From a bacterium (lineage in GTDB: Bacteria > Hydrothermota > Tepidihabitantia > SM23-42 > JAOAFX01), in assembly GCA_036796695.1 (NCBI GenBank), contig DAIRCK010000015.1, positions 438 through 64,437 of the forward strand: DNA of 64,000 bases. Reading direction: 5' to 3'. The translations under genes were made by a program, and so were the position numbers. The notes under the pieces were generated by a model, which worked only from the letters and a program-made list of their open reading frames with translations, was not told the origin of the DNA and made no database searches. This document shows positions 40,933-50,457 of this stretch, piece after piece (the first letter of the stretch is position 1; each line of letters begins with the position of its first letter).

Positions 40933-42196
40933 ACCAATATACCATTCAATTAAAATAAACGAAACAAAATGCATTGGCTGTGTCGTATGTATGAAAGCCT
41001 GCCCGACCAAGGCAATTAGAATCAAACAGAGGAAGGCACGGGTTATTGCTGAACGTTGCATTGATTGTGGTGAATGTCTCAGGGTCTGTCCATATAATGC
41101 AATAACCCCTTTAACCACCCAGTCTTCAGATATCAATCGTTTTAAAATGAAGATTGCCCTACCCAGTCCGGTAATCTATTCACAATTTGGTTCTGAGGTT
41201 ATGCCCTATCAAATTCTCAATGCATTAAAAGAGCTGGGTTTTGACTATGCCTTTGACGAAGCACTTGCCTGTGAGATGGTATCTATCGCTATACAGGAGT
41301 ATCTTGTAAGAAATCCCCTGCCAAGACCAATAATTTCATCAACCTGCCCGGTCGTGGTCCGACTTATACAGAGATTATTCCCGGGTCTCGTATCATTGAT
41401 AATCAAAATGGAACCACCAAGGGAGATTGCAGCCAAAAATTTAAGAAAAGAATTATCCAGGGAATATAAAATTCCTGAGTCTGATCTCGGTATATTCCAT
41501 ATTACACCCTGTCCTGCAAAGATGGTTTCTATAAACAGGCCTGAAACTATGGAAAAATCATATCTTGATGGTGCAATTTCAATAAAAGAAATTTATAACC
41601 AGGTGATGGCACGTTTAAAAAAGAAAGAAAAAAAATTTTTGTTGCATACACAGAGCCAGGTTAGCGGTATTGGTATTGGTTGGGCAATCTCAGGTGGTGA
41701 GATAAGGGGTATAAAGGGTGATTCTGTGGTTTCAGTTTCTGGTGTCTATGATACAATAAAAATTCTGAGTGATGTAGAAAGTGGAAAGATAAAGAATATT
41801 GATTACCTTGAATGCCTCATCTGTCCTGACGGTTGTATTGGTGGACCTTTAACAGTAGAAAATAGATTCCTGGCAAAAAGCACCATTCTCAGCCTGATTA
41901 GACAGTTTGGCGGAAAAAACCGGATTGATACCAATTATGTCCGACAACTATACGAGAAAAATTTCTTTTCGTTTGAAAGGGATATAAAACCAAAACCATT
42001 CCCGCCCCTTGACCCAAATAAAAATGAAGCGATAAAAAAACTGAAAAAGAAAGAAAAAATACTAAAAAACCTGCCCGGCATCAACTGTGGGGTCTGTGGT
42101 TCACCAGATTGTGAATCATTTGCCGAAGACCTTGTCCGCAATGAACAGGGACTTACAGTTGGTAGGTGTGTATTCTTAGGAGAATCAAATCTATGA
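40925..42196 (+). CDS. [FeFe]-hydrogenase-like protein (putative sensory, HfsB/HydS type) with an N-terminal 2x[4Fe-4S] ferredoxin and a C-terminal extra Cys cluster
   Basis: Ferredoxin motifs CIGCVVCMKACP and CIDCGECLRVCP. H-domain motifs L1 ISSTCP (canonical TSCCP), L2 ITPCPAKM (MPCxxK) and L3 ECLICPDGCIGGP (ExMACxGGCxxGGGQP). C-terminal CGVCGSPDC..C. Confidence 0.75.
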   Translation: MTEPIYHSIKINETKCIGCVVCMKACPTKAIRIKQRKARVIAERCIDCGECLRVCPYNAITPLTTQSSDINRFKMKIALPSPVIYSQFGSEVMPYQILNALKELGFDYAFDEALACEMVSIAIQEYLVRNPLPRPIISSTCPVVVRLIQRLFPGLVSLIIKMEPPREIAAKNLRKELSREYKIPESDLGIFHITPCPAKMVSINRPETMEKSYLDGAISIKEIYNQVMARLKKKEKKFLLHTQSQVSGIGIGWAISGGEIRGIKGDSVVSVSGVYDTIKILSDVESGKIKNIDYLECLICPDGCIGGPLTVENRFLAKSTILSLIRQFGGKNRIDTNYVRQLYEKNFFSFERDIKPKPFPPLDPNKNEAIKKLKKKEKILKNLPGINCGVCGSPDCESFAEDLVRNEQGLTVGRCVFLGESNL

Positions 42197-42543
42197 AGAT
42201 ATTAAAACTTGCCGAAATAATAAAAAATTTAAACCTGAAGATAGAATATGGTGAAAAATATAAAGACCGCGATGTTAGCGGTGGATATGTGAGCGACCTC
42301 TTGAGTGATGTAATGGCAAATGCGAAAAAGGGTGATATATGGATTACTTTGCAGACACATCCTAATATCGTAGCAGTTGCAGTTTTAAAAGAAATATCTG
42401 GGATCATTATTGTTGGCAATCGCAAACCTGAACCTGAAACTTTAAAAAAAGCAGAACAGGAAAAAATCCCGATAATGACGACCGAATTATCCGGCTTTGA
42501 GATTGTAGGAAGATTGTATGAGATGGGCATAGGTGCGACCTGA
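42193..42543 (+). CDS. DRTGG-domain protein (about 116 aa)
   Basis: Has a DRDVSGGYVSDLLSDVM motif. Its ATG overlaps the stop of the hydrogenase-like gene (ATGA). Confidence 0.6.
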   Translation: MKILKLAEIIKNLNLKIEYGEKYKDRDVSGGYVSDLLSDVMANAKKGDIWITLQTHPNIVAVAVLKEISGIIIVGNRKPEPETLKKAEQEKIPIMTTELSGFEIVGRLYEMGIGAT

Positions 42544-42557
42544 TAACCATTAGCAAT

Positions 42558-43403
42558 ATGCTAAAATGTTACCGTGCCGACCTCCATATCCATACCTGCC
42601 TCTCACCCTGTGCAGATTTGACGATGTCACCGAAAAGATTGGTAGAAAGGGCAAAGGTTAAGATGCTGGATATCATTGGGATATGTGATCATAACTCGGC
42701 TGAGAATATCCAATATGCTATAAATGCTGTAAGAACGCCTCACCTTAATCCTTTTCCTGTTAAAACGGGGAGAGAGAAGGATGGGGGGATGGACTGCAGG
42801 CACAGTCAGCCATTTCGTATGGCGGATTTTCCCTGTCCGTCTTTAACAGTGCTTCCTGGTATGGAAATCTGCACAAAAGAAGAGGTTCATATTCTCGGGA
42901 TCTTTGATGAACTAAGTGCAGTGTTGAAATTGCAGGAACTCGTTTATCAGTCATTACCAGAAGAAAAAAATAATCCTGAATTATTTGGCGAACAGATTAT
43001 TGCCAACGAGTTTGACGAGGTTGAAGGTTATAATGAAAGGTTGCTTATAGGTGCATCCAGTTTATCCATAAAAGAGGTTGTTGATGAAATACATAGACTC
43101 AGAGGTATAGCAATCGCCTCACATATTGACCGTGAGAGTTTTAGTGTTATCAGTCAACTGGGATTTATTTCTGAGGAATTAAATTTTGATGCCTTAGAAA
43201 TCTCCCCAAATATTACAATAGAAGAAGCAAATAGAAAATTTCCTGAAATCAAAAAATTTCCCATAATACAAAATTCTGATGCCCATTTCCTTGAAGATAT
43301 TGGAAAGGCGAACACTGATTTTTATATTCAAGAGCCAACAATAGAAGAAATAAGAATGGCATTACTCAATGAAAAAGGCAGGAGGATAAGTTACCAATGC
43401 TAA
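42558..43403 (+). CDS. PHP-domain phosphoesterase (281 aa)
   Basis: N-terminal ADLHIHTCLSPCAD and GICDHNS form the PHP His-rich metal site. Confidence 0.8.
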   Translation: MLKCYRADLHIHTCLSPCADLTMSPKRLVERAKVKMLDIIGICDHNSAENIQYAINAVRTPHLNPFPVKTGREKDGGMDCRHSQPFRMADFPCPSLTVLPGMEICTKEEVHILGIFDELSAVLKLQELVYQSLPEEKNNPELFGEQIIANEFDEVEGYNERLLIGASSLSIKEVVDEIHRLRGIAIASHIDRESFSVISQLGFISEELNFDALEISPNITIEEANRKFPEIKKFPIIQNSDAHFLEDIGKANTDFYIQEPTIEEIRMALLNEKGRRISYQC

Positions 43404-43605
43404 ATTCTAAATCCCAAATTCTAATCCACCGAACTGTGTGGTGGACTAAACAAATTCCAATTATCAAACTTTACAATTTCCCAAACATTTTTAAATATTG
43501 GAATTTAGGATTTAAATATTGTTTAGAAATTGGTGCTTGGTCCGCCACTCTTCCGCCAATCAGTGTGGTGAATGGTGGTTTGGAATTTAAATTTTTGGGT
43601 GTCTG

Positions 43606-44157
43606 ATGCAGGACTTATCTCTCCATATCTTAGATATTGTGGAAAATTCCATAGATGCAGGAGCAACGAAGATTGAAATTATGATTGATGAAGATATTGA
43701 ACATAATCAATTGAAAATCAAAATAAAGGACAATGGCAAGGGAATGGATAAAGAAACATTGAAAAAGGTTCTCGACCCATTTTACACGACAAAGACCGTA
43801 CGTCGGGTAGGAATGGGGTTATCACTATTTGCCCAAACAATCCAGGAGGCAGAAGGTAAGATTGTAATAAAATCTAAACTTAAAAAAGGAACATCGGTCA
43901 GTGCCACATTAAAGTATAACCATATAGACCGGAAACCAATGGGCAATATGATAGAAACAATAATGGCACTATTAGCAACAAAGGCACACGACATAGACTT
44001 TATATATGTTCACAGAAAAAATAAAGAGGAGTTTATATTGAATACAAAAGAGATAAAGAAAGAACTGGATGGTGTTATGATAAATGAACCTGAGGTTCTA
44101 AAATTTTTAAGAACCCAAATTAAAAAGGGTTTGAAGGAAATAGGTGTGGCGGTATGA
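43606..44157 (+). CDS. stand-alone histidine-kinase-like ATPase (183 aa)
   Basis: N box HILDIVENSIDAGA, G1 DNGKGMD, G2 GMGLSL. Confidence 0.7.
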   Translation: MQDLSLHILDIVENSIDAGATKIEIMIDEDIEHNQLKIKIKDNGKGMDKETLKKVLDPFYTTKTVRRVGMGLSLFAQTIQEAEGKIVIKSKLKKGTSVSATLKYNHIDRKPMGNMIETIMALLATKAHDIDFIYVHRKNKEEFILNTKEIKKELDGVMINEPEVLKFLRTQIKKGLKEIGVAV

Positions 44158-44798
44158 ATAAGGCGCTGGAAAACAGAATTAGCGGACAACCACAAGGGTT
44201 GTCCCTACATAATAAAATCCCCAATGTAGGGACAGGGTTTATCCCTGTCCGAATTAAAAAAAGCAATGTAGGGACAGGGCTTGTCCCTGTCCGAAAAAAC
44301 GGACAGCCACAAGGGCTGCCCCTACATAATAATATTTATCCAAAACGAAAAAACCCACGACTAAAAGGCTTTGACTATGCCTTACCTTATGCATATTTTA
44401 TTACAATTTGTGCCTTTAATAAAAATAATTACTTTGTTAAAAAAAACTTAAATACAAAAATAGTAGATTGCCTTGTCTATGAAAAAAACAGAAGGAATTT
44501 TATTATCTTTGCCTATTGTCTAATGCCTAATCATCTACATTTGCTTGTTTCACCTGGAAATTCAAAAATTAGCGTATCAAAATTCATTGGGGGATTTAAA
44601 AGCAAAACAACACGTATCGCCTGGGATAATGGCATTAAAAAATTATGGCAAGACAGGTTTTATGACCATATTTTACGGAAAAACGAGGATTTAAGGGAAA
44701 TTGCCTATTACATTTTGAACAATCCTGTGAGAAAGAGACTGGTTAAATCTTTCGAAGAATATGAGTTTTGCGGAGTGATAGATGAGATACCGATATAA
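44154..44798 (+). CDS. REP-associated tyrosine transposase (RAYT, IS200/IS605-like Y1 HUH family)
   Basis: HUH motif CLMPNHLHLLV. C-terminal REIAYYILNNPVRKRLV is the Tyr-helix of RAYTs. The N-terminal 57 codons of the track ORF read through the REP array. The functional start is probably near 44334, possibly non-ATG. Confidence 0.7.
   Translation: MNKALENRISGQPQGLSLHNKIPNVGTGFIPVRIKKSNVGTGLVPVRKNGQPQGLPLHNNIYPKRKNPRLKGFDYALPYAYFITICAFNKNNYFVKKNLNTKIVDCLVYEKNRRNFIIFAYCLMPNHLHLLVSPGNSKISVSKFIGGFKSKTTRIAWDNGIKKLWQDRFYDHILRKNEDLREIAYYILNNPVRKRLVKSFEEYEFCGVIDEIPI
44183..44325. repeat. REP (repetitive extragenic palindrome) cluster, 5' side of the RAYT gene
   Basis: Four palindromes, each bounded by GTAG: CGGACAACCACAAGGGTTGTCCCTAC; GTAGGGACAGGGTTTATCCCTGTCCGAA; GTAGGGACAGGGCTTGTCCCTGTCCGAA; CGGACAGCCACAAGGGCTGCCCCTAC. 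Confidence 0.7.
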
Positions 44799-44801
44799 AA
44801 A

Positions 44802-44905
44802 TGTAGGGACAGGGTTTATCCCTGTCCGAATTAAAAAAAGCAATGTAGGGACAGGGCTTGTCCCTGTCCGAAAAAACGGACAACCACAAGGGTTGTCCCT
44901 GCTGA
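44802..44905. repeat. REP cluster, 3' side of the RAYT gene
   Basis: The same three palindromes as the 5' cluster, in the same order. Confidence 0.7.
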
Positions 44906-44940
44906 AATCAGTAAAATAAAAATAGAAAAAGGAGAGAACA

Positions 44941-45324
44941 ATGAAAAAACTTAAGATTGGTGACCTTGAAAAAATAAGGGAAAAGGTCGCCCGAACAAAG
45001 GTCTTGAGAGAAGGTAAAGCAAGGGCGCGGATAACGGTTCATATGGGAACCTGTGGTATTGCTGCAGGTGCCCGGGATATCTTAAGTGCCATAATGGAAG
45101 AAATTGAAAAGAAGAAAATAACAGATGTTATCGTCACGACTTCTGGATGTGCTGGACTATGCAGTCGTGAGCCAATGGCGACTGTAGAACTTGTTGATAA
45201 ACCACCGGTCAAATATGTGGATTTGACTCCGGAAAAGATAAGAAAGATATTCGCCGAACATATTCTTAAAGGGAATATCGTGACCGAATATGCCCTTGCT
45301 GTAGGAAGTGAGACAACACATTAA
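44941..45324 (+). CDS. thioredoxin-like [2Fe-2S] ferredoxin (NuoE/HndA-like), 127 aa
   Basis: Cys pattern GTCGIAAGA .. TSGCAGLCSREP. RBS AAAGGAG. Confidence 0.7.
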   Translation: MKKLKIGDLEKIREKVARTKVLREGKARARITVHMGTCGIAAGARDILSAIMEEIEKKKITDVIVTTSGCAGLCSREPMATVELVDKPPVKYVDLTPEKIRKIFAEHILKGNIVTEYALAVGSETTH

Positions 45325-45449
45325 AAATATCAAACAAACAAGTTATCAGGTATTGGTTTCTGCCTGATATTAAAGAAGTTTTTTTGCCCTGCAGGGTTAC
45401 CGGTTCATTTACAAGTTTAAACAGTAACTTGCTTAATAACCATTGATTT

Positions 45450-47111
45450 TTATCTAAATATATCAATCTTTCTCGCCAGAACTGCCTTACCACGATATTC
45501 GGGAAATAAAATCGGTGCCTTTCGTGTCGTAATTATGCCTGCCTCTGCCATCATCTTTTTATATTTTTTAAGATGTTCAAGTGTTAGTTTACCAAACTGC
45601 GGATTTGACTTCAAATATTCTGCAGTTGATATGCCTGCTCTCCTACCAAAAACAAGACAGTCAAGTGTAGAGTTACCCATCAATCTATTTTTTCCATGCA
45701 CACCACCAGAGACCTCACCTGCAACCCATAACCCTTCTATATTCGTCCTTCCCCAGGGATCGGTTTCAACACCACCGTTCTGATAATGTAAAGTTGGAAA
45801 TACAAGCACAGGATCTTTTCTTATATCAATGTCAAATCTTTTATATAGACGGAGCATCCCAGGAAATGCCTTTTCTATCGTTCCAGGACCATTTTTCAGA
45901 TCAATCAACGGAGTATCAAGCCAGACCCCACGCATCCCTGTTGGCGTAACAATCCCTTTACCATTAACATAACATTCCTTGATAAACGAAGCTGCCTCAA
46001 CATCCCTTGGTTCAAGCGGATATACAAATGCCTCACCATCAATATTTATTGGCTGGGCACCCATACCCCTTAATTTCTCTGTCAATAATAATCCTATTAT
46101 CTGTTGTGGATATGCAGCACCTGTGGGATGATACTGGACCGTATCAGTATCCCTGAGTTTTGCACCAACACGATAAGCAAGGACAATTCCATCTGCTGTT
46201 GCACCGTAATGATTGGTCGTTGGAAATCCCCTTATATGCAATCTGCCAAAACCACCCGTGGCAAGTATAATTGCCTTTGCCTGGACTATTTTATAATCAC
46301 CTGTTTCAAGATTATAAAGAATTGCACCAGTTACTCGATTACCATCAGTTAAAAATTCAATCACGGGATAAAATTCAATATATGGTATCTGGCGACACCT
46401 GAATTCATCTCTTAAGACCCGCAACTCTTCCAGACCAGTATAATCTTTACAGGCATGCATTCTCAATCTTGAACCGCCCCCAAATGCCTTTTCTACAAAA
46501 CTACCGTCCGGATTTCTATCGAGCATCGCACCAAGATTACAGAGCCACTCCATCACAAAAGGTGCATCATTTACCAGTGCCTCTACAACCTCTGGTTTAT
46601 TCGCAAAATGACCACCACCGATAGTATCTATGTAATGAATCAACGGCGAATCATTCTCTCTATCCGCAGCCTGAGTTCCACCTTCAGCCATCATTGAATT
46701 CGAATCACCATGGCGCAACTTGTTTACCAATAGAATATTTTCTGCCTTTACACCATTGTCATTAGCAAGTAATGCTGCTGCTGTTCCAGCAAGTCCACCA
46801 CCGATTATTAAAAGATCAACAGCATAATCAGGGTTGGTTATGGTGAATTGTTCGGGGTCGATCAATGGATTTGCCTCTATGAGATCTACTACTTCATTGG
46901 GTGCAAGGTCTCCTGCATTCGGTCCAAATAATAGTTGTCTTTTTCCACCAGGTGCATAATCAGGATGGCACAATTTCAAGACCTCTTCCCTTTCTGCCAT
47001 AGACATTGCTTTAGGTGTATAATCCTTTCTCTGCGGCCTTGTTTTATTCACCACATCAATGAGTTTGCGCATATATTCAGGATAACCACCGATAAATTTT
47101 AGTTCTGCCAT
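45450..47111 (-). CDS. fumarate reductase/succinate dehydrogenase-family flavoprotein, non-covalent FAD type, with a 95-aa N-terminal extension
   Basis: Dinucleotide fold DLLIIGGGLAGTAAAL. Active-site residues QYHPTG and LHYQNGGV. GGVHGKNRLMGNSTLDCLVFG present. Asn replaces the FAD-linking His (NSMMAEGG). RBS AGGAGG. Confidence 0.75.
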   Translation of the reverse strand: MAELKFIGGYPEYMRKLIDVVNKTRPQRKDYTPKAMSMAEREEVLKLCHPDYAPGGKRQLLFGPNAGDLAPNEVVDLIEANPLIDPEQFTITNPDYAVDLLIIGGGLAGTAAALLANDNGVKAENILLVNKLRHGDSNSMMAEGGTQAADRENDSPLIHYIDTIGGGHFANKPEVVEALVNDAPFVMEWLCNLGAMLDRNPDGSFVEKAFGGGSRLRMHACKDYTGLEELRVLRDEFRCRQIPYIEFYPVIEFLTDGNRVTGAILYNLETGDYKIVQAKAIILATGGFGRLHIRGFPTTNHYGATADGIVLAYRVGAKLRDTDTVQYHPTGAAYPQQIIGLLLTEKLRGMGAQPINIDGEAFVYPLEPRDVEAASFIKECYVNGKGIVTPTGMRGVWLDTPLIDLKNGPGTIEKAFPGMLRLYKRFDIDIRKDPVLVFPTLHYQNGGVETDPWGRTNIEGLWVAGEVSGGVHGKNRLMGNSTLDCLVFGRRAGISTAEYLKSNPQFGKLTLEHLKKYKKMMAEAGIITTRKAPILFPEYRGKAVLARKIDIFR

Positions 47112-47121
47112 TTTACTCCTC

Positions 47122-47880
47122 CTATTCCTTCTCTATGTCGCGAGAAGTATAGATTTTCCTCAATTCTTCAATCGGGGCAGTCATCAATCTCTTAAGTTCT
47201 GATTCGTATTTTCCCTGTTTTAATTCTTCAAGCCTTTTTTTAAGATGTTCAGGGATTGGCATTCCATATTTACCAAACAATCTCCTTCCTAACTGGGCAT
47301 AATTATATTGTGCGAGTTCAGCAGGACAACGAATTGAGCATAATCCACACATTATACAATCAAATGAAATCTCAGCCATCTTTTCAACATCCCCTCTTTT
47401 TCCGCAGGCAATATATTCCATCACATCAATATCCTGAGGACAGGCTTTGGTACAGGTATTACAACCAAGACACTTTAATATTTCTGGATAAACCTTTAAA
47501 AATGCCTCAATTCCCGGGCTCAACTGGTTTATATCATAATTTGCACGCTGGGCAGGGGTAAAAGGAATCTGGACAAGATACATTCCGTCCTCAGCCCGGG
47601 TTTGACAGGCGAGTGCAGTTTTCAATCGGTAATCACCTTCAATTCTATAAACTGTGGTGCAGGCACCGCAGAATCCTGCACGGCAACCACAGGACCTTAT
47701 AAATCTATATCCTGCAAATTCCATTGCCTGCATAATAGTTAAACCTGCAGGCACGCGATACTTTTTTCCCATAATTGAAATATTTATCCAATGTTGAATA
47801 TCTTTCTCATCAATCCCGGTCACTACAGACTTATTCGCCTCAGCAATTTCATCCATAATATTCTTTTTTTCCTCAGCCAT
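47122..47880 (-). CDS. fumarate reductase/succinate dehydrogenase-type iron-sulfur subunit (252 aa)
   Basis: SdhB-like [2Fe-2S] motif CRAGFCGAC. Two CxxCxxCxxxCP motifs. RBS AAGGAGG. Confidence 0.75.
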   Translation of the reverse strand: MAEEKKNIMDEIAEANKSVVTGIDEKDIQHWINISIMGKKYRVPAGLTIMQAMEFAGYRFIRSCGCRAGFCGACTTVYRIEGDYRLKTALACQTRAEDGMYLVQIPFTPAQRANYDINQLSPGIEAFLKVYPEILKCLGCNTCTKACPQDIDVMEYIACGKRGDVEKMAEISFDCIMCGLCSIRCPAELAQYNYAQLGRRLFGKYGMPIPEHLKKRLEELKQGKYESELKRLMTAPIEELRKIYTSRDIEKE

Positions 47881-48069
47881 TTAAACCTCCTTTTTAAAGA
47901 GCCGTTTATAGGTAAAGGGTTACGATGCCCCTATTAATTAATCGTCGAAAGGTTATGGCTGTTAAAACCAAAAGTTACCTTTATCAACGAATCTGGCTTC
48001 AATTTCGTATCCCTTTAACAAATTTCTAAATACTACCTGCAACCACATTATATTTAAAAATCCTGTGCT

Positions 48070-48105
48070 GTCAACTGTTGACTTTGAATTACATTTAAGT
48101 ATAAT
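48070..48105 (+). promoter_or_regulatory. promoter with an overlapping perfect palindrome upstream of the Wza-like gene
   Basis: GTCAACTGTTGAC (13-bp palindrome) overlaps a TTGACT -35. A 16-nt spacer leads to TATAAT. The ATG lies 5 nt downstream, so the mRNA is leaderless. Confidence 0.45.
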
Positions 48106-48110
48106 ACTTT

Positions 48111-49364
48111 ATGAAGGTATTTTTAACAATTTCTTTTTTCCTTTTAATCTCTACTTCGACCTTTTTTTATGCACAACAGAATTTAGCATCAACTGCCCCA
48201 GGGCTTGAAAAACCTATAGTTTCTGAAGAATACATATTGATGCCAGGAGATTCATTACTTGTAACGATCACTGGTGCGACCAATTATTCATATAAGACCG
48301 GGATAACATATGAAGGTAAAATCACTATAAATATGCCTGTTGCTTCTTTACCAAGTACCCAGGGTATTTATATCCCTCAATATGATGTAGTCGCAGCGAT
48401 TCCTATTTATGGTCTAAGTTTGAAATCCGCACGGGATTCACTATCACAGGTATTTGCCAGATATTACAGGAATATAAATGTCGATCTAACCCTTCTCGGT
48501 ATGCGCACATTTTTCGTCTATGTTGCAGGTGAAGTGAAAAATCCAGGAAGTGTATATGCCTATCCGATTGACCGTGTATCTGAAGTAATAAAAAGGGTTG
48601 GTGGCACAACCTCCATCGGTTCAAGGACAATGATTGAATTGAGAAGAAAAAACCAACTCTATAAGACCGTAAACCTTGAAGAATTTGAAAGATTGGGTAT
48701 TACTGAAAATAATCCTTTTGTCCAGGATGGTGATTTGATATTTGTTCCCAAAATGAAGAAATCAGTGATTGTAAAGGGTGCGGTATTTGGGAAAATGGGC
48801 TATGAACTAAAGGTCTCACAACTCACGGCCGCAATGGAAAGGACGAGCGAAGGTCTATATGAGTTAATTGAAGGTGAAAAGATATCAGACCTGATAAGTA
48901 AGGCAGGCGGTGTTACACCCTGGGCTGATTTGAAAAGTTGCTATGTTCAAAGAAGTAATAAAAGGATAGAAACGAACCTTCAAGAAATATTAACCAATGA
49001 AAGTTCTGAAGCGAATATTGAATTAGAAGATGGCGACATTCTGGTCGTGCCTTCCCTCAATTCAGTAGTTTATGTCCAGGGTCAGGTAGTTAATCCAGGA
49101 CCTTTCCCTTTCCAGCCCAATCTAAAAGCGAGCGATTATATAGGACTGGCTGGTGGCCCACTTGCTGAAGCAAGTATGTCAGGTGCCTATGTATTGAGAG
49201 GTAAAAAAAGGATTGCAGTTAAAAAAGACCCGATAATAATGGAAGGTGACAGAATTATGGTACCGAGACAGGTATTCAAATTCTGGCAGGATTATGTTGA
49301 GATAGGATCTGTTGTAGCATCGCTTCTGATAAGTTATTTGACTTTAAGGACCGCAACAAAATAG
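48111..49364 (+). CDS. polysaccharide export protein (Wza-like, SLBB domains), 417 aa
   Basis: Signal peptide. Repeated GD-L/I-V-VP beta-grasp (SLBB) segments (GDLIFVP, GDILVVP, GDRIMVP). C-terminal TM helix. Confidence 0.6.
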   Translation: MKVFLTISFFLLISTSTFFYAQQNLASTAPGLEKPIVSEEYILMPGDSLLVTITGATNYSYKTGITYEGKITINMPVASLPSTQGIYIPQYDVVAAIPIYGLSLKSARDSLSQVFARYYRNINVDLTLLGMRTFFVYVAGEVKNPGSVYAYPIDRVSEVIKRVGGTTSIGSRTMIELRRKNQLYKTVNLEEFERLGITENNPFVQDGDLIFVPKMKKSVIVKGAVFGKMGYELKVSQLTAAMERTSEGLYELIEGEKISDLISKAGGVTPWADLKSCYVQRSNKRIETNLQEILTNESSEANIELEDGDILVVPSLNSVVYVQGQVVNPGPFPFQPNLKASDYIGLAGGPLAEASMSGAYVLRGKKRIAVKKDPIIMEGDRIMVPRQVFKFWQDYVEIGSVVASLLISYLTLRTATK

Positions 49365-49505
49365 TGGTTGGAATAAGCGCTGAATTCAAAATTCTAAGTC
49401 CCGAAAGAATATTAAAACTGAAGTTGCAAAACCGCGTGGAGTCAATCTTTTGCTATTTTTAGAAATTTAAATAAAATTTTGAAATTGAATTGTGAAGGAG
49501 GTGTT

Positions 49506-50333
49506 ATGCATATAATTTTGCTAATGATTGCCAGTGAAGGCAGTCAATCATCAGGGGTGCAGATTTTCAATATTGCGCGATTAAATATTCTTATCGCGCT
49601 AATAATTTATGGTGCACTACTTTTATGGTTCATATATCACGCACGAAAAGGAAAACAATTGTTTATACGAAAAATAAGCGGTCTTGATGCCCTTGATGAA
49701 GCAGTAGGAAGGGCAACAGAGATGGGAAAACCAGTGCTTTATGTGCCCGGTCTGGCAACGATTGATGTTATCTCTACTATTGCCTCTATGAATATCCTAT
49801 CACAGGTTGCGAAAAAGACTGCACAATATAACACCACACTCCTCGTTCCCAATCGGGACCCGGTTGTCTATACCGTAGCAAGGGAAGTTGTGAAAGAAGC
49901 ATATACAGATGCAGGAAGGCCTGATGCCTTCAATCCTGATAATGTCTATTTTTTAACCCAGGACCAGTTTGGTTATACTTCAGCAGTCTGCGGAACAATG
50001 GTTAGAGACAAACCTGCAACAAATCTATTTGTTGGATATTTCTGGGCTGAATCATTGGTCCTTGCTGAGACCGGTGCAACAACCGGTGCAATTCAAATTG
50101 CTGGAACCGATTCCATTTTCCAGTTACCATTTTTCATTGTTGCCTGTGATTATACGCTCATCGGTGAAGAATTATATGCGGCAAGTGCCTATCTCTCGCG
50201 TGAACCATTGTTATTAGGTTCTCTAAAGGGCCAGGACTGGGGCAAAATGATAATCCTTGTTGTGCTAATTCTGAGTTCAATATTAGCACTTTTAGGCTGG
50301 GAAAAGGTCGTTTCGCTGTTTAATATAGGATGA
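49506..50333 (+). CDS. hypothetical integral membrane protein (operon gene 1 of 4)
   Basis: ATG at 49506 with RBS GGAGG. The track starts 27 nt upstream. N- and C-terminal TM helices with a soluble middle. Confidence 0.5.
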   Translation: MHIILLMIASEGSQSSGVQIFNIARLNILIALIIYGALLLWFIYHARKGKQLFIRKISGLDALDEAVGRATEMGKPVLYVPGLATIDVISTIASMNILSQVAKKTAQYNTTLLVPNRDPVVYTVAREVVKEAYTDAGRPDAFNPDNVYFLTQDQFGYTSAVCGTMVRDKPATNLFVGYFWAESLVLAETGATTGAIQIAGTDSIFQLPFFIVACDYTLIGEELYAASAYLSREPLLLGSLKGQDWGKMIILVVLILSSILALLGWEKVVSLFNIG

Positions 50334-50457
50334 ATATACCTGAATTACCTAAATACTTAAAGATAAAAAAATGCCTGAAAAAGATTGAAATGTCTCCTAT
50401 AAATTTTAGGTATTTAGGAATTTTGGACTTTTAGGTATTTCCTTTCCGGGAGGTTTT

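Larger units (their letters stand above)
44183..44905 (+). mobile_element. REP-RAYT unit (RAYT gene flanked by REP arrays)
   Basis: The classic arrangement: a Y1 transposase bracketed by GTAG-prefixed palindromes. It is inserted between the HATPase gene and the ferredoxin gene. Confidence 0.65.

Noticed and set aside
43397-43606. 69-aa ORF between the PHP and HATPase genes
   Set aside because: It lies in AT-rich low-complexity intergenic DNA with tctaaat-type repeats. No RBS and no conserved motif.
44154-44333. N-terminal 57-60 codons of the RAYT ORF
   Set aside because: This stretch is a translation of the REP palindrome array (repetitive GTGLVPVR-type peptide). It is very unlikely to be protein sequence.
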